Below are positions 1 to 8,189 of a stretch of 64,000 nt of DNA, one piece after another. Numbering within the stretch: the first letter of the stretch is position 1; every line of letters begins with the position of its first letter. The stretch is from positions 3,712,001 to 3,776,000 of the forward strand of contig OY759353.1 in the NCBI GenBank assembly GCA_963662315.1, given 5' to 3'. The notes beneath the pieces are model-generated. The model did no database searches. It worked only from the letters and a program-made list of their open reading frames with translations, and had not been told where the DNA came from. The translations under genes were made by a program, and so were the position numbers. The DNA comes from Geopsychrobacteraceae bacterium. GTDB lineage: Bacteria; Desulfobacterota; Desulfuromonadia; Desulfuromonadales; Geopsychrobacteraceae.

Positions 1-1427
1 GACTTGGCAATAGCTCGGAATGTCGCCAAGTCGTTAATTTGCAAAAACGGAAGCATGCCAAGCTTTGCACTGGCAATAAGGTTACGTAGTCCTTTAAATG
101 ACCGTGACACCAAGTCATACTTTGCCAGGGAGTCAATTGCTGCCCGATCCTCGGGAGCTCCAATACTTTTTCCTGACAGTTCGTCGAAGATGAGTTGAGC
201 CCGGTGACTTCCTTTTCTTCCGGCGCCCGGGTTGTCTTCGGCTTGCCTGGCCATGGCATGAGCCAGATCAGTTTTGAAGCCCATGGTCGGATTCGGACCA
301 TAAGTCTCAAGCAGAGCGATGTCCTTTGCATGGCGAACTGCTTCGCCAGTAATGGCGCTGAAAAGATCCCGCGCTCCAAACTCACGATTGGATTCGACAA
401 AAGACCTGGCGTCCTTGAACCAGATCTGGCGATGAGCCCCGAGCTGTTCAGCCAGGTTTCCACCTTCAGAAACAACATCACCGGTCAATCCATTACTGGC
501 GATGGTCTGCCAGACATCGGACAACATCTCGCGCAATTTATCGTCGGCCATATCAAGACCGGTTTCCGGATCCGGATAACGACTGCGATCGATCCGTGGT
601 AAGACGTAGTCAATCCAGCGCTGCCGAGCCCTTGTTTGATACGCTTTGCGTGTTGCTGCCGAGACGGCCATGCGCGCCTTTTCTCCCGCAGAAAGTCCGA
701 ATAAACGAACACCGGAAGAATCCCAGACTTGAGGCATGTGCCCCTTTGTGTATTGGATATCAGCGCCAGCTTCATTTTTGCGTGTGTAGGCCGCGTCATC
801 CATAAGCCGGTAGGCCATGGCAAGATCATCGACAGCATCCCACTTTACGCCCTTACCCGGGGGAGCCGTTTTCCGTTGAACTATGTCCTGGTCCATTAAA
901 GCTTCAGCCAGCCTCACTTCCCGTTCAACCGGATCCATTCTGCGCCATTGTTCATCCTTGGCCAGGGCCTCAAGCGGTTCAGTCAGGTCAGCCAGATACT
1001 TTTCACGAATCGCCCGAATGCGCCCCTGGAGAGTTACCTCTCCGCGTGGATCCACGAGCATCGCTTCGATCGCCTTGACATCCCCACCGAGTTTGGCCAG
1101 CTGAACTTCACGGATCGCCTGTTTTTCAACCTGGAGCTCACGCCGACGAGCAACCTGTTTCTTTGCGTTCACCTTCTCTTGAAACGCTTCAACCGCGGCT
1201 TCCTGCATGAGAGTCTCCCGGCTCTTGCTACCGGATTCATCAGCAGAGTATTCGACCCCACCAGTCTGCTTTCGACCTGGACGATCAGGCCGCTTAAACG
1301 GGTTGGTCTTGGTTTTCGGGAATTTCTTTCCGAACCTGGCCTCAACCTCGTTGATGATCGCTTCGGCTTCTTTTCGGGTCAGGGATCCAGCGGCAGCCTT
1401 GAGAATATCGTCTATACACTTAGCCAT
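1..1427 (-). CDS. Internal virion (ejection) protein, 3' end truncated by window edge
   Basis: Not in ORF track (no stop in window). ATG at 1427 (MAKCIDDILKAAAG...); spot translation in this frame gives WIDYVLPRIDRSRYPDPETG, resembling podovirus internal proteins; follows the other ejection genes. Confidence 0.7.
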   Translation of the reverse strand, partial: MAKCIDDILKAAAGSLTRKEAEAIINEVEARFGKKFPKTKTNPFKRPDRPGRKQTGGVEYSADESGSKSRETLMQEAAVEAFQEKVNAKKQVARRRELQVEKQAIREVQLAKLGGDVKAIEAMLVDPRGEVTLQGRIRAIREKYLADLTEPLEALAKDEQWRRMDPVEREVRLAEALMDQDIVQRKTAPPGKGVKWDAVDDLAMAYRLMDDAAYTRKNEAGADIQYTKGHMPQVWDSSGVRLFGLSAGEKARMAVSAATRKAYQTRARQRWIDYVLPRIDRSRYPDPETGLDMADDKLREMLSDVWQTIASNGLTGDVVSEGGNLAEQLGAHRQIWFKDARSFVESNREFGARDLFSAITGEAVRHAKDIALLETYGPNPTMGFKTDLAHAMARQAEDNPGAGRKGSHRAQLIFDELSGKSIGAPEDRAAIDSLAKYDLVSRSFKGLRNLIASAKLGMLPFLQINDLATFRAIAK

Positions 1428-1433
1428 AATTTC

Positions 1434-4400
1434 CTATCCAAGGTTCAGGCACAGGGCCGCTCTGTTATAGAGGTGTTCCTGCGCTTCTGCTTTCGCCAGG
1501 TCAGCCCTGGCCTCATTGATATATTCTCGGGCACTTCGCTTCAGTGGATTCCCCTCGGAATCAGCTCCCGAATAAACTTCAAAATCGCCCTGTTCCTTCA
1601 GATAGAAATCTGCCGGAGAGTCATACCCGCTTTGTTCTCCCTGGGGACGTTCAACCTCGCCAATAATTTTCACCGTGTCGCCCAGGTCAAGGGATTGACG
1701 ATTGTCGAGATAAAGCGTTCCGTCCCGCTCACCAACAACAACCCTCTGACCCAGATCAGGAGTCGCAAAGCGATCACCAATCTTGAGGTCCTGGACATCG
1801 ATCTCCCTGGCCATGGCCTGAGCCTGGTCGGCGATCGATTCAAGAGCGGCTATGACCATTTCCTGTTGACCGGCCGTTAACCTGGCAAAGTCACCCCGGG
1901 CCGCCTTGCGTAGCGCATTGACAACAGAAGCTTTCTTCATTGCGGATCCTGATCCGCTCATCTCGCGGTTCTTCTGCAGATACCAATCGGCCGCATCGGA
2001 AATCATCGCCTCGAGGACATGACCATCAGCCACCATGTTTTCAGCTTTGGATACTTCAAGAGCTGCAGCCTCGGTTTCAAGCAGATCGGCCAGGGATCTG
2101 GACACATTCTCCGGAGAGTTCAGGAATCCATAAACAGCATCATTAGTTGACCTAGCCATCAGCGCATCGATGAAGACAGAGCCCGGATCTACGTCTTCCG
2201 CAACCTCGGCGAGCTCGCGCAGGTCCTGCTGCATTTCATCACCAACGGTCTTCATGTTTTCCCGGGCAACACGAACGTCGTCTGATACACTTTTCTTCAA
2301 TTTTTCCGAGAAGAGCATCCGGTCGAATACAGTCTTGACCTGGGGGGACAGGTTCACATCGATGGCCGTTCCGCTGATCCGTTTGTAAACCTCAAGCAAC
2401 CATGTCTTAAACTTGTCAAAGACACCCTGCATCTCTTTGGACGGGGCCATCCCTTCCACCAGGTAGCGTTCGAAGGTTCGCGCGAACAGCTCTTCGTCAG
2501 CCCGTTCCCATTTACTCCCCGGGACCTTTGACAACAGCCATTGATCAATCTGGTTCTGTTCGCCTTTGGGTAGCGTTTTGCGGAAGATGTGCCCGACCTC
2601 GTGAACCAAGGTGGAAAAGTCTGGGGATTCTAGGGCGTGAATCATGGCGCGGCCATCAGCCAGGAAGGAGACGGCGCCTTTTTCGCCCTGGAACAGCGGA
2701 GTCCCTTCATAGAGAAGTGAATCACGCATAGCATCTGTGATCTTCAGGGTGTGAACACGACCGGCGTCGGAAAGTTCGATATCGGAAACTCTCGTTCCGA
2801 ACTTCTTTCCAAATTTATCCAGATAGGAAGTCAGGATCTTGTCATAGAATCCGCGCATTCCTTCGCCGCCGATCTTCAGGTCCTGACCTTCAAACAGTTG
2901 ATAGTTCTTTCCAGACTTGCGGCTTTCGATCATCTTGCCGGCCAGATCCTTGCCAAGGGCGTCCTCAAGGTTTCCCTCCGGAAAGGATCCAAACGACTTA
3001 ATCTCTCCATCGACACCCTGACCGGTTATGCGGTACTGGCCATTCTCAAAATCGTAACGAACCGTTTTGAGCTGTTTACTTAAATCATAACGGGCCGCCT
3101 GCTGTTCTCCCGTTGTCAGAGTCAGGCGATCAAAACCGTTTTCAGCAGCCCAGCGGAGAAGGCGCCGCAAGGCAAGTTCCTGCCAGTTCTTCTTGAACGG
3201 CGCATCAGGAACGGATCCACCTTCAGACTGATATCCCTTGCTGCGGCCGGCCTGATGCCAGTCACTCTGGATTTCCTCGACATGGAGAATTCGTTCGCCA
3301 TTTTCTCCGGTGCGCTCATTGAATCGCATGTGAGCCAGGATGTTTTTTTCGTCAAAATGTCCAGATCTGAAATTAGCAGTGTCACGCCCTTCATAGCCAA
3401 GAGCTTCATACTCTCCATTAAACAACCTTCGCGCGTAATTGATTAATTCTTGATCTTTATATAACTGTCCATGACCCCCAGAATCATCAAAACGACCCAG
3501 AGACTGACCATCATAAATAAGATCTACATAGCTCTGAGTATGAGATTCTGATATCCGTTTGATTTCTAGTTTTTCCGGAGTGAAACCGGAATCGCGACCC
3601 GGCAAAGTCAACAAAAGCTCCCGATAATTCTCCCCACCAGGTAAAACGTATGACTGATATCTGGTTCGTTCCGGAGACACCTCATCGATACGAACCTGGT
3701 TCTCCTGCAGGAAATCTCTCACCTGTTCCCGGGTTACTTTTTTATTGCCGGCCAGGAACTCATCAAGCCCTGTCCACACCAGTTCTTCACCCTTAACGCC
3801 TGGTGTTTTCTTCAACTTGCCAAGCAGCTGATCACCACTCCATTTGTCCTGCTGCAGGCCTTCGACTTCGGCCAGGACTTTGGAGAAAAACGGCTGAACG
3901 ATGGATCTGTCCTGGAACAGCATCTCGGCATTCTGCGGAAGCCCTTCCTGGATCCCGGCAATGTTCCTGGAAATAAACTCATCAACACTCTGGCCCAAAA
4001 CCTTGGCCCTGGCAGCAATCAAAGCCAGGGTTGCATCAGCCTGATTTTCGGTAATCCCGAAAACCTTCTGCATGTCCGATCGGAACAGATCAGCCGTATA
4101 ACTCGGTTCGGCCTCAACCTGGGAATTGACTTCCCGCAACTGTTCGGAAACATCGACCGGTTTTCCTTCAGCCAGGTCTTGAGTGGCCTTGTCCATGGCT
4201 GAACTATGAGCCTTCTGAGTCTTGCGATCCCCGGATTCAAACGGTGAAAGTTCGTCCTTCTGATTCTTCACATCAACAACATCAATAGAATCGATAACCT
4301 GCTGAGGAGCCTTTGAACGCCAGCGTGCTAATTGCTCCATCCCACCAAAAACCGCACCAAGTATAAGATCAACGCTGCGTGTGGTTGGATCGAACGGATC

Positions 4401-5036
4401 GAAGTAGGCTGCCTGATCATCATAACCACGGCTTTCAAGTAGTTGTTTAGTCAAAGCATCTTGCCCAGCACCAAGAACGGGATTAGCAAGAATTAAAGGA
4501 ATCGTCTGTTTTAGAGTGTTCCCTGCAGCCGGCATTGCCAGCATTCCACCCATAGTCACACCTGCACCAATACCTTCAATCGTTGCAGTTGTTGCATCAA
4601 CACCTTGGTCAAGAAGTCCTTTTCCTCCTTGAATAGATGCATTAAGTCCTATCCCCGTTCCTCCAGTTACCAATTGCAGAGGAAGCTCAAATAAAGCACT
4701 CGTTATTTGTCCAGCCGTCGTCAGACTTTCCGGATCAGGAGTCAATTTATCAATCAAAGGTTGAAGACGTTCATCTGCAAACCGAAAGAAATCTTCTGCC
4801 GTTGGGATCGGCATTTGCCTAGCCCGCTCGTCTGGCGTCATCTGTTGACGCTCGTAAAATGTCTCGTCCATCTCGCGGATAGGATTGAGTGATCCTGCAA
4901 TGATCGCTGCAGTCTGCGCAAGACGTAAGCCACCCCTTGGAATAGCTGACAGTCCTGCCTCAAGAGCTGTCGTTGGTACACCACGGAAAGGCTCAAAGGT
5001 AGGACTGTTATCCATTTCATTATGTAGATCGAACAT
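1434..5036 (-). CDS. Large multi-domain internal virion protein (polyvalent type) with zincin-like HExxH domain
   Basis: 1200 aa; DFSTLVHEVGH...EELFARTFERYL; GVKGEELVWTG, YVLPGGENYRELLLTLP and VEEIQSDWHQ blocks typical of large phage polyvalent proteins; RBS AAGGAG. Confidence 0.75.
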   Translation of the reverse strand: MFDLHNEMDNSPTFEPFRGVPTTALEAGLSAIPRGGLRLAQTAAIIAGSLNPIREMDETFYERQQMTPDERARQMPIPTAEDFFRFADERLQPLIDKLTPDPESLTTAGQITSALFELPLQLVTGGTGIGLNASIQGGKGLLDQGVDATTATIEGIGAGVTMGGMLAMPAAGNTLKQTIPLILANPVLGAGQDALTKQLLESRGYDDQAAYFDPFDPTTRSVDLILGAVFGGMEQLARWRSKAPQQVIDSIDVVDVKNQKDELSPFESGDRKTQKAHSSAMDKATQDLAEGKPVDVSEQLREVNSQVEAEPSYTADLFRSDMQKVFGITENQADATLALIAARAKVLGQSVDEFISRNIAGIQEGLPQNAEMLFQDRSIVQPFFSKVLAEVEGLQQDKWSGDQLLGKLKKTPGVKGEELVWTGLDEFLAGNKKVTREQVRDFLQENQVRIDEVSPERTRYQSYVLPGGENYRELLLTLPGRDSGFTPEKLEIKRISESHTQSYVDLIYDGQSLGRFDDSGGHGQLYKDQELINYARRLFNGEYEALGYEGRDTANFRSGHFDEKNILAHMRFNERTGENGERILHVEEIQSDWHQAGRSKGYQSEGGSVPDAPFKKNWQELALRRLLRWAAENGFDRLTLTTGEQQAARYDLSKQLKTVRYDFENGQYRITGQGVDGEIKSFGSFPEGNLEDALGKDLAGKMIESRKSGKNYQLFEGQDLKIGGEGMRGFYDKILTSYLDKFGKKFGTRVSDIELSDAGRVHTLKITDAMRDSLLYEGTPLFQGEKGAVSFLADGRAMIHALESPDFSTLVHEVGHIFRKTLPKGEQNQIDQWLLSKVPGSKWERADEELFARTFERYLVEGMAPSKEMQGVFDKFKTWLLEVYKRISGTAIDVNLSPQVKTVFDRMLFSEKLKKSVSDDVRVARENMKTVGDEMQQDLRELAEVAEDVDPGSVFIDALMARSTNDAVYGFLNSPENVSRSLADLLETEAAALEVSKAENMVADGHVLEAMISDAADWYLQKNREMSGSGSAMKKASVVNALRKAARGDFARLTAGQQEMVIAALESIADQAQAMAREIDVQDLKIGDRFATPDLGQRVVVGERDGTLYLDNRQSLDLGDTVKIIGEVERPQGEQSGYDSPADFYLKEQGDFEVYSGADSEGNPLKRSAREYINEARADLAKAEAQEHLYNRAALCLNLG

Positions 5037-5044
5037 GACTCTCC

Positions 5045-6982
5045 TTAAAAAGAAGGGGTTCCATAAGGAGCAGTAAAGTCGATTACAAACTTTTCGCCGT
5101 TCTCCTTCTGTAAGAATTTTCCATCAAGAAGAACCCAATACTGTCCATCTCCAGCTTCGTAAAGTTGACCGTCTTCCCTGATATATTCAGCAACATCTTC
5201 AGCAGAAGAATATCCGGTTATCCCTCCACCACTTGTGATACGCTCAGCGTCAATTCGTCTAAATACATCAAGAAATTGATATTCCGTCATACCATTAGGC
5301 AACATCACTTTTTTATCATTGATCTCAATCGGTTCTTGACCTACTACAAGCGAAAGGGCCTCAGAAAAGGTTCCATCGTTAAAGGAATCGGTAGGAACTT
5401 CACGACTGGAAAGAATTGACAAATAAGCAAATCTGACGGCATTGAAATAATCTCTACGCAGTTGTGGCGATGCGGTTAAAGCCCCTCCCATCCATTTTTC
5501 AAAATCAGATCGCATTTCATCTGTTGTTGCTTTTGATAATTGAACAGCCTTTGTCTCAACCAGCTGCCGTCCTTCGGCTACTCGTTCGGCAGCTTCCCCA
5601 CGCCCGGCAGCAGTCAAGCCCATGACCATGCCAAGTTCAGGATCTTTCAAGGCGATCTGACTGGCCATTTTCTGAACACTCTGTTTTCCTAGCCCTTGCT
5701 GAAGCATATTGATTGTTCCGACCTGGGCTTCAGGGGCCTGAGTCTTGAACATTCCCGCCAGGCCTGCAGCCTCTTCATTGGTCAAAACCGGGATGTAGTT
5801 CAGCCCATGCTCCCGCATGATCATCCCGCCAACCTGACCACGAGCTGCCAGCTGCTCCGCCCATGACGTTGGATCATCAACCGACAAAGGCGGGACATCA
5901 AGGCCCATCTGGGCCGCACCGTATTTGAGCGGATCCTCTTTGACCTTGTCCGTGACATAACCGATCGACCCGGTATTTTTGCGCACCTCCCGGGCTTTAG
6001 CTTCGTATTCCGTGCCGGCCACGGTTTTCCAGAAGGCGGCTTCCTCTTTCGGCTGGATAGCGAACAGGCCTTCGCGCAAATTTTTGTATTGTTTAAAAGC
6101 TTCTTTTGCCAAACGATCTATTTCCGAATCACTTTCCTTTTTCCGCCTGGCCGCTTCAGCATCCTGGGCAGCGATCGCACTCCTGGCCGCGCGGATATAA
6201 GCCTGGCGTGTTTTCGGTGCCAGATCTCCATAATTGGAATAGTTCCCGTCCTGCTCGGCCCTTAAGTCAGTGAGGACCTGGCGTGGATCCTCAGAGTTGA
6301 GTCGGTCCTCGATCTCTGCCCCGGTAGCTTCTTCAGCCATGCGAGCAATCTCTGCAGCTTTGGACGTATCACTGTAACCTTCCGCTTCCCAATCGAACGC
6401 ATCAGGATCTTTGAGGATCTGAAGCTTTTCAGCCAGGGGCCTGGCACTGTTCACCAGTTGTTCCCGGGCTGTCTGTCCAGCCGCTTTGATGGAATCCTGG
6501 ATATCCTTTTCGATATAGGTGTCCAAGGATCTCAGCGCGGAATAGTGATGATTGTCGAAGGTCGGTGTAAAGGCGTAGCGATACTCTTCCGGCACCTGGG
6601 CGGAAAACGCCCCGCGGATCCGGTCTGACTGCTGCATAAACTCATCACGTTTCTGATCCGGAGTGAGGTCCTGGTTCTCGGCGATTTTCTTGACAGTACT
6701 GTCGAGTTCATTCTGGTGAGCGAACATGGCGCTTCTCGCTTCGCTCTCAGCCCGCAACCGTTCAAGGCGTTCCTGTTCAGCTTTGCGCTCGTTGGCTTCC
6801 TGCAGCTCGACCATGCCACGACGATGGATCTCATCAAGGCCAGCATCCGCGATCGTTTCACCCAGGCGATAAGCCGAAGAGGAAATCATTCGACCAGGAA
6901 CCGGATCCGCTTTTGAAACAGCCTGCAGCTTCGGAACCTTTTGTCCCAAACCTCCATCAAAATATGCGTCAGGAATTTTCAC
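5045..6982 (-). CDS. Internal virion/ejection protein (helical, coiled-coil)
   Basis: Start moved to GTG 6982 (RBS AAGGAG at 6989-6994); Ala/Glu/Arg-rich helical sequence; position among ejection genes. Confidence 0.65.
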   Translation of the reverse strand: MKIPDAYFDGGLGQKVPKLQAVSKADPVPGRMISSSAYRLGETIADAGLDEIHRRGMVELQEANERKAEQERLERLRAESEARSAMFAHQNELDSTVKKIAENQDLTPDQKRDEFMQQSDRIRGAFSAQVPEEYRYAFTPTFDNHHYSALRSLDTYIEKDIQDSIKAAGQTAREQLVNSARPLAEKLQILKDPDAFDWEAEGYSDTSKAAEIARMAEEATGAEIEDRLNSEDPRQVLTDLRAEQDGNYSNYGDLAPKTRQAYIRAARSAIAAQDAEAARRKKESDSEIDRLAKEAFKQYKNLREGLFAIQPKEEAAFWKTVAGTEYEAKAREVRKNTGSIGYVTDKVKEDPLKYGAAQMGLDVPPLSVDDPTSWAEQLAARGQVGGMIMREHGLNYIPVLTNEEAAGLAGMFKTQAPEAQVGTINMLQQGLGKQSVQKMASQIALKDPELGMVMGLTAAGRGEAAERVAEGRQLVETKAVQLSKATTDEMRSDFEKWMGGALTASPQLRRDYFNAVRFAYLSILSSREVPTDSFNDGTFSEALSLVVGQEPIEINDKKVMLPNGMTEYQFLDVFRRIDAERITSGGGITGYSSAEDVAEYIREDGQLYEAGDGQYWVLLDGKFLQKENGEKFVIDFTAPYGTPSF

Positions 6983-6984
6983 GC

Positions 6985-7320
6985 TTAACTCCTTGTTACG
7001 AACCAGACAATTACACCGGAAATAACCCCACCAACACATCCAGTTGCAGAGCCGAAGAAAAGCCACCAGGCTTTTCCGGCTGCTTTACCTGGAGCCAATT
7101 CAAGGCATCTGACCCGACGAAATAACTCGTTTATCGACTGTTCATTGCGCTTCTGATCTTCATGGAGATGCTTATTATCCGTCATGACCGTTGAAATACT
7201 GCTCAACGTGATGTTCAGCTTTTCAACGGCCTTGGATAAAGAAGACAGAATTTCATCCTGGATCTTGATCCGCTCGTCATGTCTGGCGATATCGCCTTCT
7301 TTTCTGCATGGGTCAGACAT
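6985..7320 (-). CDS. Small coiled-coil protein with C-terminal membrane segment (holin/XhlA-like architecture)
   Basis: Coiled coil followed by hydrophobic Gly-rich tail (WWLFFGSATGCVGGVISGVIVWFV). Confidence 0.5.
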   Translation of the reverse strand: MSDPCRKEGDIARHDERIKIQDEILSSLSKAVEKLNITLSSISTVMTDNKHLHEDQKRNEQSINELFRRVRCLELAPGKAAGKAWWLFFGSATGCVGGVISGVIVWFVTRS

Positions 7321-7331
7321 GGTTTTCACCC

Positions 7332-7850
7332 TCACAATCCGGAGTTATTGCCATTCAGGAGTGAATAGCGCGGCGTTGAACTGGTTCTGTTGGCCAAAAC
7401 TGAAGGCGCTTTTGCCTTCTGGTAAGAGGCATAACCGCTAACAGCTGTGCTGGTCGCATCAAGAGCACCACTGACCAGGGCCGCTTTGCCACGGTTACCG
7501 GCCACCTTTGCTTCCATATCATAAAGAAGAGCCTGGTTCGATCCGGTCTTAAGGGTTGCAAGAGCATCTTGTTCTGTCAGCTTCTTGGTTTCCTGCTGTA
7601 GTGCATCTCCGGTTCCTTCATCGATCTTAACGCCACTTGCTGCGAGCGCGGCCCGTTGGCTGGCGATCAGGCGCCGGCCACGGTCACGAATGTTCGATGC
7701 TTCCGAAGCGGCCTGTTCCTTGGCTATTTCAGCCTGCTTCTCTGCGGCCCGCTTGGCGTCTCTTTGCGCTTCATAAGCACTGACTCCACCATAAACTGCT
7801 GCAGCGGCCGCAATGACTTTTCCAACCAATAAGACTGTTCCAGTTCCCAT
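7332..7850 (-). CDS. Small ejection/pilot protein (P22 gp7/T7 gp14-like)
   Basis: Gly/Ala hydrophobic N-terminus, then QRAALAASGV motif; canonical position after nozzle and assembly gene. Confidence 0.65.
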   Translation of the reverse strand: MGTGTVLLVGKVIAAAAAVYGGVSAYEAQRDAKRAAEKQAEIAKEQAASEASNIRDRGRRLIASQRAALAASGVKIDEGTGDALQQETKKLTEQDALATLKTGSNQALLYDMEAKVAGNRGKAALVSGALDATSTAVSGYASYQKAKAPSVLANRTSSTPRYSLLNGNNSGL

Positions 7851-7853
7851 CTC

Positions 7854-8189
7854 TTAAGCCTCCATCACAGCAAAGTTCACTAGGGTTCCATTAGCCTCAC
7901 ACTCTCCAAACTTCTCGAACCCCATGGCCTTCCAGTAGCGGCCCAATTTGGAATCATAATTGTCACTTGAAGCAATCATCAAAAAGACACCTGCATCGCG
8001 CAGATCCTGCCGAACCCTGGCCCAGAATTCGACCATGGCCAGCCAGACATCTTTTCCAAAGTGAAAAACTTTGTGGTGCAGCATGGCGTTATCACCGTGG
8101 ATCTCAACATGAAGTTCAGCAATGATCTGGTCACCGTCCATCATTCGATAAAGCCAGTCATCCTTTTCCAACGTGAAATTATCCGACAT
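7854..8189 (-). CDS. Small virion assembly protein, GNAT-like fold (T7 gp13/P22 gp14 positional analogue)
   Basis: 111 aa ending RYWKAMGFEKFGE; lies between nozzle and pilot genes. Confidence 0.5.
   Translation of the reverse strand: MSDNFTLEKDDWLYRMMDGDQIIAELHVEIHGDNAMLHHKVFHFGKDVWLAMVEFWARVRQDLRDAGVFLMIASSDNYDSKLGRYWKAMGFEKFGECEANGTLVNFAVMEA

Noticed and set aside
195..1880. Plus-strand ORFs 195-602 and 948-1880 and similar antisense ORFs across the prophage and gsp operon
   Set aside because: Shadows of well-supported genes on the opposite strand; no motifs of their own.
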